Assembly (NCBI GenBank): GCA_963544405.1
Contig: CAUUEZ010000004.1
Span: 16,741 to 80,740 of the forward strand
DNA length: 64,000 nt
Reading direction: 5' to 3'
From: an uncultured Acholeplasmataceae bacterium
GTDB taxonomy: Bacteria; Bacillota_I; Bacilli_A; Acholeplasmatales; Acholeplasmataceae
A program made the position numbers and the translations under genes. Below, one piece after another: positions 1 to 8,786 of the stretch (position 1 is its first letter; each line of letters begins with the position of its first letter). The notes below the pieces were generated by a model, which was given only the letters and a program-made list of their open reading frames with translations, ran no database searches and had not been told where the DNA came from.

Positions 1-2662
1 CAAAAGCAAACACTTCAATATAGCGCCCATTCATTTCGCTTTCAAGTTGCCAGTGTTTAAATGTATAGTCAAAACCAACTTTAGTTAAAGTAGGGGTTTG
101 TCCAGGCATTTGAACTTTTGCGCCAAACTGCACAATTTGTCTGTCTTGACTAGACGCACTAACATTACTAAAGTGTCCATAGTTAACGCGAAAATCTACA
201 TTAAAGTGGCGGCGAGTGTAGTGTAGAGTAAAAGTAGTTGAGCCGTCTGCCTTAATTTCTTTAGTTTGAGTTTGCGTGTCAACTTGGAAACCGTTGTCGT
301 GAGCGGTTAGACGATCGCGGTAATCAACTGTAACTAAACTGCCGATTTGCGCCGTTTTAGTAGTATCTGAAATAGTTTTAGCAGGTGCACTGTCGATACC
401 TTCAAATACATGGTTAATCGTGTATTTAGCAAAAGTTTTTATTTCTTCAAAATAAGCCACTAAGGTTGTGTCTTTAGTGATTTTTCTAGTTGCAAAGTCA
501 AAAGTAGAAACTTCGCGGTAACTGCCGTACATCTCATCTTTTAACTGCCAACGTTTAAATTCGTAAATAAAGCCTTGTTTACCAAGTGTTGGAATTTTAG
601 TTGGTTTTGTAGCATGTGCTTCAAATAAAACACTTTGCTCAGCTTCAACGGAAGCTGCAGCCCCTGAAAAATATCCGCCATTGAAGTTAACTTCAAAGTT
701 TACTTTAAAAACACGGCGTGTGTAGATTAAAGTATACAAAGTGGTTCCGTCTTTTTTGATGTTTTTTGCCTGATATTGCTCAGCAACATCAAAACCGTGG
801 TCAAATTGTTTTAGTCTATTGTTTTTGTTAACAATAATTTCAGAGCCAATTTCACCTTGGTGTTGTTCTTCAATAACTTCATCTTGCTCTCCAGGTAGCG
901 CTTTTAAGATGTGTCTGATTGTGTATTTAGCAAATAAAAACTCTTCTTCAAAATAAGCGACTAAAGTAAGTGGTTTTGAAACAGTTTGATTTGCAAAATC
1001 AAAGGCATTTACTTTTGTGTATTGTCCGTTCATTTCGTCTAACAACTGCCAGTGAATAAAACGGTAGACAAAACCTGGCTTAGACAGCGAACGGTCGGTT
1101 TGCGGACGTTTTACTTTATCTTCATAAGCTATAGTTTGCGGACTTTCGTTAGAAACACTGACATCTGTAAAGTGTTGTTTGAAGTTCACAATAAAGTTTA
1201 CTTTAAACCTGCGACGAGTGTAGTAAAGAGTAAAGGTAGTAGAACCGTCTGCCAAAATAGTTTTAGTTTCACTTTGGTCAAGTACATAGAAACCTGCTGA
1301 ATATTGTGTCAAGAAAGCAGTTTGGTTAACAGTGATTTCTGTACCAATTTCGGCTTTATTTGTGTCGTCTATAATTTCTTTTGCAACTTGTCCAACAAGC
1401 GGTTCAAAAATGTGCTTAATTGTATATTTAACTATTGTAGTGGTTTCTTTAAAGTAAGCAACTAAAGAAAGGTCTTGAGTAACTTTTTGCGCAAAATCAT
1501 AAGCAGGCTGCTCTGAGTACTGTCCATTCATTTGAGCCTCAAGTTGCCAGTGAATAAACTCATAAACTCTGCCTGCTTTGGCAATTGCTGGATTAGCAGG
1601 TGCTTTGACTTTTCCTTCAAATAAGACAGTTTGAGTAGGCGGAGTTGAAGAAATAGATGCATTTTTAACCTGGTTTTTAAAGTTAACTGTAAAGTTAACT
1701 AAAAAGGTACGACGAACATATCTAAGTTCAAACACAGTTGAACCATCTGCTTGAATAACTTTGGTTTGGCTTGGAGTGTTAACATTAAAACCAGTGTCTA
1801 AATGAGTTAAACGGTCGCTTTGTGTGACTGTTACTTCTGAGTTAGTTTTAGCGTTTAAAGTAGTAGTTTCGGTTTTTTCTTCAATTTCGCCTTGAATTCC
1901 AGAAATTATGTGTTTAATTGTATAAGTTGTTTCGTGTGGTTTAAAAACAGCATAAACTTCTTGAACTTTACGGGTTAGCGTAATTTCTTTTGCGTCTCCG
2001 TTTGGAGTTAAACTCCAGTCTACAAACTTCCAACCTTTTTTAATGTCGGTTGGTTTTGGTTCCCAGGTGAATTTTTCACCAGCAACCACTGACTGCGCTG
2101 GCCATTCGGCTACATTTGCTTTATCTAAGTCAGACTGAGAAACTCGCGGAGTTACAGATAAGTTAAGTGGTTTTTCTTTAAAAACAGCGCGGAAAGTTAC
2201 ACTCTTGTTGTAGGCTGTATTTGGGTTTATTTCGCTTCCAGTTTGAGTGACAATGATTTTTTCAAATTCATAGTCTTTAGTTAAACTTTCTGGCTTTTTA
2301 ACCATTTTCATTTGGTCAATAAGTTCTTGTGGTATTGTCTCTGTGTATTTAAGGTAAGTAGTTTGTCTTAAAGCGTTGGGCACACTATTCGGATCCAGTC
2401 CTTGCAGATCAAAATTAACCGAGTAAGTTCTGGCTTTAAAGTAAACAGTTAGATATTGTTTTGCGTTGGTATTTTCAACAGTCAACTGAGTATTTGAGTT
2501 TGCCAAATAAGGAGTAGTCTCATGGTTAGGATGTGGGTTGTTTTGCAAGTATTCGGCTAATTGAGTCTGAATGTCTGCATCTGAAAGCAAGGCGCTTTGG
2601 CCAACAAATCGTTTTTTCTTAATTTCAAATTCCAGAATTTCTTCTTGTCCTGAATTTAACCA
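1..2662 (-). CDS. 3' continuation of the giant repeat surface-protein gene. It is in the +1 frame relative to 2625..8369 and is partial, running off the left window edge.
   Basis: My own translation of the minus strand from TGG at 2662-2660 gives WLNSGQEEILEFEIKKKRFVGQSALLSDADIQ...PHPNHE...YFKARTYSVNFD...EWPA...KKGWKF...TYTIKHIISGIQGE. This parallels residues encoded at ~5.9-5.1 kb. The conserved HWQ Trp codons at 1549, 1051, 550 and 52 all sit in this same frame. I saw no stop in the part I translated (~2662-1870). It is missing from the ORF track, probably because its stop lies outside the window. Confidence 0.8.
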
Positions 2663-5600
2663 TTTTTAGGTAAACTGGACGAGTAATTTTCTCTTCAGTC
2701 CATTTGGCTTTTAAAACCAAGTTGCTTTCAACTTCAATGTTTTTAGAAAAGTCTACAACTTGGTTGTTTTGAGCAAAAACCCAAGCGGAGAAATTATAAG
2801 TTTTTTGGCCAGTTGGATCAGTTTTAGAAGGATGCGGAACATCTCTTAACTTCTCTTGATATAAATAGTTAAGAGTGATTTGATTTGTGTTGTTTAAAGT
2901 ACCTGTATTGTAGCTATAAGTTACTGAGTAAGTTTTTCTTGTATATCTTAAAGTAAAGACTGTTGAACCATCTGCTTCAATGGTTTTTTCTTCACTTTGA
3001 CTTTCTAAGTAAAAATGATTTGTAAACTTCGCGAGAGCTTGATTTTCAGAGACTTTTACAGTGGAACCAATTAATGCGGTTATAGTCTGGGTTTCGACAA
3101 TGTCTTGAATTTGGCCAGGAATACCTGTAAGAACGTGTCTAATTGTATAGGTAGCAGATGTCGGTCTTTCTTCAAAATAAGCAACTAACGTTGCGTTTTT
3201 AGTGGTCTTAGTGTTAGTAAAATCAAAAGCAGAAACTTCACGGTAAATATTGCCCATTTCGTCTTTAAGTTGCCAGTGTTTAAAGGTGTAGGTGTAGCCT
3301 GGTTTAGTTAAGTAAGGATTTGGATTTGGCAAAGTAGCCTTGCCTTCAAACTCAACGCTTTGATTCAAAACAGAAGATGCTTGAGCATTTTTGAAGTGAT
3401 TATCTGGGTTTACTTCAAAGTTAACTACGTAGGTGCGACGTTTATAGACAAGAGTAAAAGTAGTTTGTCCGTCAGCGGTGATTTCTTTAGTTTGACTTTG
3501 TGTATCTACTGTAAAACCAGTGTCGTATTTAGTTAAACGGTTGTTTCGGTCAATAGTAATGTTAGTGCCAACTTGTGCGGTATTGTGGTTTTCTTCAATT
3601 ATCTCGTCGTTTGCACCATTTAAACCTTTGATGATGTGTTTAATTGTGTATTTTGCGGAGATTGCTTTGTGTTCAAAGTAAGCAACTAAAGTTAAGTTGC
3701 CAGAAACCACTGTATTCACAAAATCAAAAGCAGAAACTTCGCGGTAGTAATTTCCCATCTCGGTTTGAAGTTGCCAATGTTTAAATGTATAGGTGTTTCC
3801 GGATTTAGTAAGGGTTGGTAAAGTTTGGGGTTGTTGAACTTTGGCGCCATATTCTACTATTTGCTCAGGCTCTGGCGAAGCGATGGCGCCAGCAAAATAA
3901 TTGTTGAAGTTAACAACAAAATTTACGCGGTATTTACGGCGCACATAGACAAGTTCAAATACAGTTGAACCATTTGCTTCAATAGTTTTAGTTTGGTTTT
4001 GTTGAGCAACTTCAAAACCGTGGTCAAATTTAGTTAAGCGGTTGTCGCGATTGATTGTAATTTGCGTACCGATTTTAGCAGTTTTAGAGCTATCTTTAAT
4101 AATTTCATCAGGCTGACCATTTAGTCCTTTAATAATGTGGTTAATTGTATAGTTAGCCTCAGTAACTTTTTCTTCAAAGTAAGCGACTAGTGTTGTGTCT
4201 TTAGTAATTTTTTGTGTGTCAAAATCAAAAGCGCTAACCTTTTTATAAGTTCCGTTCATTTCATCTTTTAACTGCCAATGCACGAAACGGTAGCCATATC
4301 CTTGTTTAATAAGCGAAGGGTTAGTGGCAGGTCTTTCTACTTTACTTCCGTATTTTACGATTTGAGTTTGTTCGTGAGTTGCCAAAACTCCGCTGAAATG
4401 GTTTTCGTAGTTAACTTCAAAGTTAACATTAAAACGACGGCGTGAATAAAACAAAGTAAAAACAGTAGAACCGTCTGACGCTATTTCTTTAGTTTGAGTT
4501 TGAGTTGCAACGTCAAACCCATCCTGATATTCGTTTGTTAAACGATCAGCACTAGAAACTGTTACTAAGCTATTTGCTTGTGCTGTTTTAGTTTCTGCCT
4601 TAATTTCATTTGGCAGATTGTCAGCACCTTCAATCACGTGGTTAATTGTATATGATACATTTGCAATTTCTTCAGTAAAATAAGCAACTAAAGAGATATT
4701 TTTAGTGATTTTAGTATTAGCAGTGTCAAAAGCATTAGTTTCGACATACTGGCCTTTCATCTCGTCTTCAAGTTGCCAGTGTTTAAATGTATATCTGTGG
4801 CCAGGTTTAGAAATTGTAGGGGCTTGAGGGATTTCTATTTTGCCTTCATACGGAATTTTTTGAGTTAGAGGCGCGGTTGAAACTAAAGCACCACTGAATT
4901 TATTTCTGTAGTTGACAGTAAACTGAACTGTAAACTCACGGCGAGCATATCTAAGTTCAAATACGGTAGAACCGTCTGCTTTAATAATTTGAGTTTGCTC
5001 TGGAGTATTGACAACAAAACCATGGTCAGTATTTGGCAGTGCATTATTTTGGTCAATAGTTACTTTTGAGTTAGTTAAAGTATTGTGAGTTTTCTCAACA
5101 ATACGCTCATCAATTTGTCCAGCAATTCCGGCAAAAATATGTTTAACAGTGTATGTAGTTTCACCTGGTGCAAAAACCGCATAAACTTCCTTTGTTAAAC
5201 GATTAACTGTTATTTCTTCAACACTGTTGCCTGGTTTTGTAGTCCAACCTAAAAATTTCCAACCTTTTTTAATTTGAGTCGGAGTAAAAGTAAATTTTTG
5301 TCCTGCTTTGAAATTTAGTGCTGGCCATTCACTAACTTCTGCTTTGTCTTGATCGTCAACATGAACTTTTGGAGTTACAGATACTGTAATTTCAGATTCC
5401 TTGAAAACTGGTTTAATTTTTAAGTTTTTGTTGTAAGCCAAATTAGGATCAATTTCTTGTCCAGTTTCTGAATCTATCAGTTTTTCAAAAACATAGTCTT
5501 TAATTAGATTATCTCTTTTTAAAACCCTTTGCATTTTTTGAAGCAAACCTGCAGGAATTTTTTCACCATACTTAAATGTTAAGGTATTGAAAAGTTCACC

Positions 5601-8369
5601 TGCCACAGATTGTGGATCTAAATCGGTATAATCAAAGTTAACTGTATAAGTTTTGGCTTTAAAATAAACTTTTAAAAATTGTTTATCCTGAGTTAAAGTA
5701 ACTTCAAGTGAAGTCACTGAATAAGGAATGTGTGGGGTATTTTCGTGGTTAGGGTGAGGGTATTTGGCTAAAATTTCTGAAATTGTGGCTTGAATGTCTG
5801 CATCTGTAATTTGTGCGAATTGTCCAATTATTCTTTCTTTTTGAATTTTGGTTTCAATAATTTCATCAGGCAGACCGTTTAAACCTTCCCAAATAGTTTT
5901 TAAATACACTGGCTTGGTTTTAGTCTCTTCAGTCCAAATAGCCTTTAGGTGTATGTCTTTGTCTACTTTGATGTTTTGACCAAAATCAACAATAGAGCCG
6001 GTTTCAATGTCTTTCCAACCAACAAAAGTGTAGGTTTTTAAGTTTTGTAGATCTGTTTTAGTTGGATGGTCTATGTCTTTCAAAGTTTGGCCAAATAGAT
6101 AGTCAACAACTTTTTTTGCTTGATCTAAAAAAACACCTGAGTTGTAGCTAAAGTCAACTTTAAATCTTTTTCTTAAGTATCTTAATGTAAAAACCGTAGA
6201 GTTGTCTTTTTTAATAGTGTGTTCTTCAAAATAAGGAGGGACGTTAAAGCCTTGTTCAAACTGAGGTAGACGATCGCGTTCGGTAATTGGTACTTTTTGT
6301 CCAGCTAAGGCTGTTTTAGTTTCGACAATAGTTTTTTGTGGGGTTTGGTCAACTCCTTCTAGAACGTGTTTAATTGTATAGTTAGCAGATACTGCCTTTC
6401 TTTCAAAATAAGCAACTAAAGTAATATTTTTTGTAATTTTAGTGTTTTTAAAGTCAAAAGGAGAGACTTCTCGGTAGCTACCGCCCATTTCGTCTTTTAA
6501 CTGCCAATGCTTAAAAGTATACTCGTGCCCCACTTCTTCGATTGAAGGGGTGTTTTTAGGTTTCTGAGCATTTGCTTCGTACTTAACGATTTGCTCAAGC
6601 TCTTCGCTTGCCTTTCCCTTAAAGTAATTTCTGTTGTAGTTAACTTCAAAGTTAACACTATAACGGCGGCGCAGATATCTTAGTTCAAATACAGTGCTGC
6701 CACCCTCTTTAATGGTTTTTTTAACTATAGTGTCTGGAGACAGAGTAAAACCTTCAGGGGCTGCTGTCTTGTTCTCTGGTAACTCAACCTCTTCATTTGG
6801 TTTTTGGTCGTAAATTATTTCTTCTTTAGTTGTATCTTCAAAGAAACTTTGGTGTGCGTCAGTAGTTTCATAAAAACGTTTGATACGATAAGTTGTAGTT
6901 GAAAATACTTTTTTTCGCATTACTGCTTCTAGGGTAATGTCTTCGGTAATTGGAGTGTTGATGTCAAACTTAGTTTTAGCGCCAGTAATTGGGTCTACTA
7001 AATTCCAGTAATCCAGTTCAAGTAAATCTCCATTTGCGTCAAGTGCTGTGACAATTGAAGGAATTAAGTAATTAGAATGAAGTTTAGAACCACTTGGCAC
7101 AGTTAAAGGAAGCAAACGATTGGCGTTTGCAGGAGTAATAAAGTTAACAGTGTGAGTTTGTGGTTTAGGTTGAGTTGGTTCAGTCTGTTTAACTGATTTT
7201 AAATAAACTGAAATGTTTTCGTCTGCAGTTGCTTTAGTAAAATCCACTTTCTTAGTTAAATCAGGGTCTTTATACCAACCTTCAAAAAAGTAGCCTGGTT
7301 TTTGGAAAATGTGGTTTTTAAGCGGTTCTCCTTTTTTTAAAATATCAAAAAACACAAGTTGTTGTTCATCAAAATAAGAAACTGCAGCATATCCTTTTTT
7401 GTTAAGTTCTTCACCAATTTTTTTATTATCTATTTCGCTTTTAAAGTTTGCAAATAAATTAAGTTGGCTTTTGACAAATTTAGGAATGTCGTATTCTTGG
7501 CCTGCCTTTAAATCAATGCGGTTGCCGTTTGGATCAATATAGAACCAACCTAAAAATTCAGAAATATAAAATGGAGGGGTTTTGAAAAGAATGTCAATGC
7601 CGTTTGCTTTAGGATCAAAAGTTGTAAATTTTGTTTTAGTATTTAGAACCTGTTCGATAACTTGGGTTTTTTGTCTTTGGTTTTGAAAAATTCCTGGAAA
7701 ACGAAAATCATAAATAAAAGCAATGTGCTTATCGTTATTGACAACAAAAGGTCGTCCTTTTGCTTTTTCTTTAGTAAATACAGTTTCGCGATTAACTGGG
7801 TTTGCTTCAGCTACTCCTTGTTCATTGTAAACTTTAAAAGTCTCTATTTTGTAAAGTTCTTCATAAATGTGTTTATATTCTGTCTGCAGTTTAGCGTATG
7901 GTAAAAATATTGGTTTGCGGTGGTTTAAACTATTTGGGTTTTTTGGGAAAAATACACGCAAAAAATTAGAAAAATCAATAATGACATCATGTTTCTTTTC
8001 AAAACCAAAAAGGTTTTTTGTGTAAATTGTAAAAACCTCTTCGTCGTATTTTAAACTATTGAAGTCAATTGCTAGATTTTTGCTAGGTTTTGGTTTAACC
8101 GCAGTTACTTTACCAAGGCGATTAGTTGTAAACCAATTTGATTTGATATTTATGTAGCTGTTTTTAGTCGCATCAATATTTTCAGGAACAACAAAGCGAA
8201 GTTTACCATTTGCAGTAGACAAGGTGGCGTGCTTAGGAAAATCACTGTCTTTAGAAAAATAGACAGTTGGGTGCAATAGTAAAAAAACTAATAGTAAAGT
8301 TAAAGTAGTTAAAAATAAAATAAGTAAAGCGGCTAGTGAATAACTAATTTTTCTTTTTTTCTTTGCCAT
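2625..8369 (-). CDS. Giant membrane-anchored repeat protein, paralog 1. This is the 5' part, ending prematurely after a frameshift. It has an N-terminal TM anchor, a ~400-aa conserved N-domain, then alternating MucBP-like and InlB B-repeat (Flg_new)-like modules.
   Basis: ORF 2625..8408. The likely start is ATG 8369 (MAKKKRK...), preceded by AGGAGA. The hydrophobic segment is SLAALLILFLTTLTLLLVFLLL. Recurrent motifs are YTI(K/N)H(V/I)..G, TVFTL(R)Y.R(K/R).Y.VNF and GY.YTFKHWQLKDEM..Y.EVSAFDF...I(T)KN.TLVAYFEE, at a ~168-aa period. Confidence 0.85.
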   Translation of the reverse strand: MAKKKRKISYSLAALLILFLTTLTLLLVFLLLHPTVYFSKDSDFPKHATLSTANGKLRFVVPENIDATKNSYINIKSNWFTTNRLGKVTAVKPKPSKNLAIDFNSLKYDEEVFTIYTKNLFGFEKKHDVIIDFSNFLRVFFPKNPNSLNHRKPIFLPYAKLQTEYKHIYEELYKIETFKVYNEQGVAEANPVNRETVFTKEKAKGRPFVVNNDKHIAFIYDFRFPGIFQNQRQKTQVIEQVLNTKTKFTTFDPKANGIDILFKTPPFYISEFLGWFYIDPNGNRIDLKAGQEYDIPKFVKSQLNLFANFKSEIDNKKIGEELNKKGYAAVSYFDEQQLVFFDILKKGEPLKNHIFQKPGYFFEGWYKDPDLTKKVDFTKATADENISVYLKSVKQTEPTQPKPQTHTVNFITPANANRLLPLTVPSGSKLHSNYLIPSIVTALDANGDLLELDYWNLVDPITGAKTKFDINTPITEDITLEAVMRKKVFSTTTYRIKRFYETTDAHQSFFEDTTKEEIIYDQKPNEEVELPENKTAAPEGFTLSPDTIVKKTIKEGGSTVFELRYLRRRYSVNFEVNYNRNYFKGKASEELEQIVKYEANAQKPKNTPSIEEVGHEYTFKHWQLKDEMGGSYREVSPFDFKNTKITKNITLVAYFERKAVSANYTIKHVLEGVDQTPQKTIVETKTALAGQKVPITERDRLPQFEQGFNVPPYFEEHTIKKDNSTVFTLRYLRKRFKVDFSYNSGVFLDQAKKVVDYLFGQTLKDIDHPTKTDLQNLKTYTFVGWKDIETGSIVDFGQNIKVDKDIHLKAIWTEETKTKPVYLKTIWEGLNGLPDEIIETKIQKERIIGQFAQITDADIQATISEILAKYPHPNHENTPHIPYSVTSLEVTLTQDKQFLKVYFKAKTYTVNFDYTDLDPQSVAGELFNTLTFKYGEKIPAGLLQKMQRVLKRDNLIKDYVFEKLIDSETGQEIDPNLAYNKNLKIKPVFKESEITVSVTPKVHVDDQDKAEVSEWPALNFKAGQKFTFTPTQIKKGWKFLGWTTKPGNSVEEITVNRLTKEVYAVFAPGETTYTVKHIFAGIAGQIDERIVEKTHNTLTNSKVTIDQNNALPNTDHGFVVNTPEQTQIIKADGSTVFELRYARREFTVQFTVNYRNKFSGALVSTAPLTQKIPYEGKIEIPQAPTISKPGHRYTFKHWQLEDEMKGQYVETNAFDTANTKITKNISLVAYFTEEIANVSYTINHVIEGADNLPNEIKAETKTAQANSLVTVSSADRLTNEYQDGFDVATQTQTKEIASDGSTVFTLFYSRRRFNVNFEVNYENHFSGVLATHEQTQIVKYGSKVERPATNPSLIKQGYGYRFVHWQLKDEMNGTYKKVSAFDFDTQKITKDTTLVAYFEEKVTEANYTINHIIKGLNGQPDEIIKDSSKTAKIGTQITINRDNRLTKFDHGFEVAQQNQTKTIEANGSTVFELVYVRRKYRVNFVVNFNNYFAGAIASPEPEQIVEYGAKVQQPQTLPTLTKSGNTYTFKHWQLQTEMGNYYREVSAFDFVNTVVSGNLTLVAYFEHKAISAKYTIKHIIKGLNGANDEIIEENHNTAQVGTNITIDRNNRLTKYDTGFTVDTQSQTKEITADGQTTFTLVYKRRTYVVNFEVNPDNHFKNAQASSVLNQSVEFEGKATLPNPNPYLTKPGYTYTFKHWQLKDEMGNIYREVSAFDFTNTKTTKNATLVAYFEERPTSATYTIRHVLTGIPGQIQDIVETQTITALIGSTVKVSENQALAKFTNHFYLESQSEEKTIEADGSTVFTLRYTRKTYSVTYSYNTGTLNNTNQITLNYLYQEKLRDVPHPSKTDPTGQKTYNFSAWVFAQNNQVVDFSKNIEVESNLVLKAKWTEEKITRPVYLKMVKFRTRRNSGI

Positions 8370-8436
8370 AAAATGTTCTCCTGTGCGATTATTTTTTAAT
8401 AAATGCAAGGGGACGCATATTTATCTTATATTAGTT

Positions 8437-8442
8437 ATTATA
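8437..8442 (-). promoter_or_regulatory. Candidate -10 box (TATAAT) for giant gene 1
   Basis: The minus strand reads aaaattTATAATaac, ~68 nt upstream of ATG 8369. The -35 is poor (GTGAGA at 17-nt spacing). Confidence 0.3.
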
Positions 8443-8589
8443 ATTTTTTTTAAAATAAATCTCACTAAAAATTAAAATATTTAAAATGGCTCAGCAAAGC
8501 AATTAAATTAGAAATATTTTTTGTTTTTTTGTATCTTAAAATACATTTAAACATTAAAATGAAATGAAATGATGTCTAAATAAGGCATC

Positions 8590-8605
8590 AAAAAAAAAAA
8601 AAAAA
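8590..8605. repeat. Homopolymer A16 (T16 on the coding strand of the flanking genes), upstream of giant gene 1
   Basis: Counted directly: c8589, then a8590-a8605, then c8606. It lies ~221 nt upstream of ATG 8369 and ~100 nt past the gene-2 terminator. Confidence 0.95.
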
Positions 8606-8702
8606 CGGTTTTTCGCGCTATATAACCTTTTAACAAAGCGGTTTTATTTATAAGCATGAAGCCACATTTGTTTAAAAATTAGCAATTATTTTTGATTTAA
8701 TC

Positions 8703-8730
8703 AAAAAAAGGTGTACATTTCTGTACACCT
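8703..8730 (-). terminator. Rho-independent terminator after giant gene 2
   Basis: The minus strand has AGGTGTACA-gaaa-TGTACACCT followed by T7. It begins ~57 nt after the stop at 8787. Confidence 0.8.
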
Positions 8731-8786
8731 TTTCGTGCGCTTTAACATAAATAGATTTTTAGAAAATTGTTTTGCTTAAGTACACC

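Noticed and set aside
2655-2675. Programmed +1 ribosomal frameshift or transcriptional slippage at CUA AAA AUG
   Set aside because: tRNA-Lys could re-pair on the A5 run. However, the A-site codon (AUG) is not a rare or stop codon. No stimulatory SD-like element or downstream structure is evident. A5 is far shorter than the tracts (>=9 A) known to give efficient transcriptional slippage. Mutation or sequencing error is more parsimonious.
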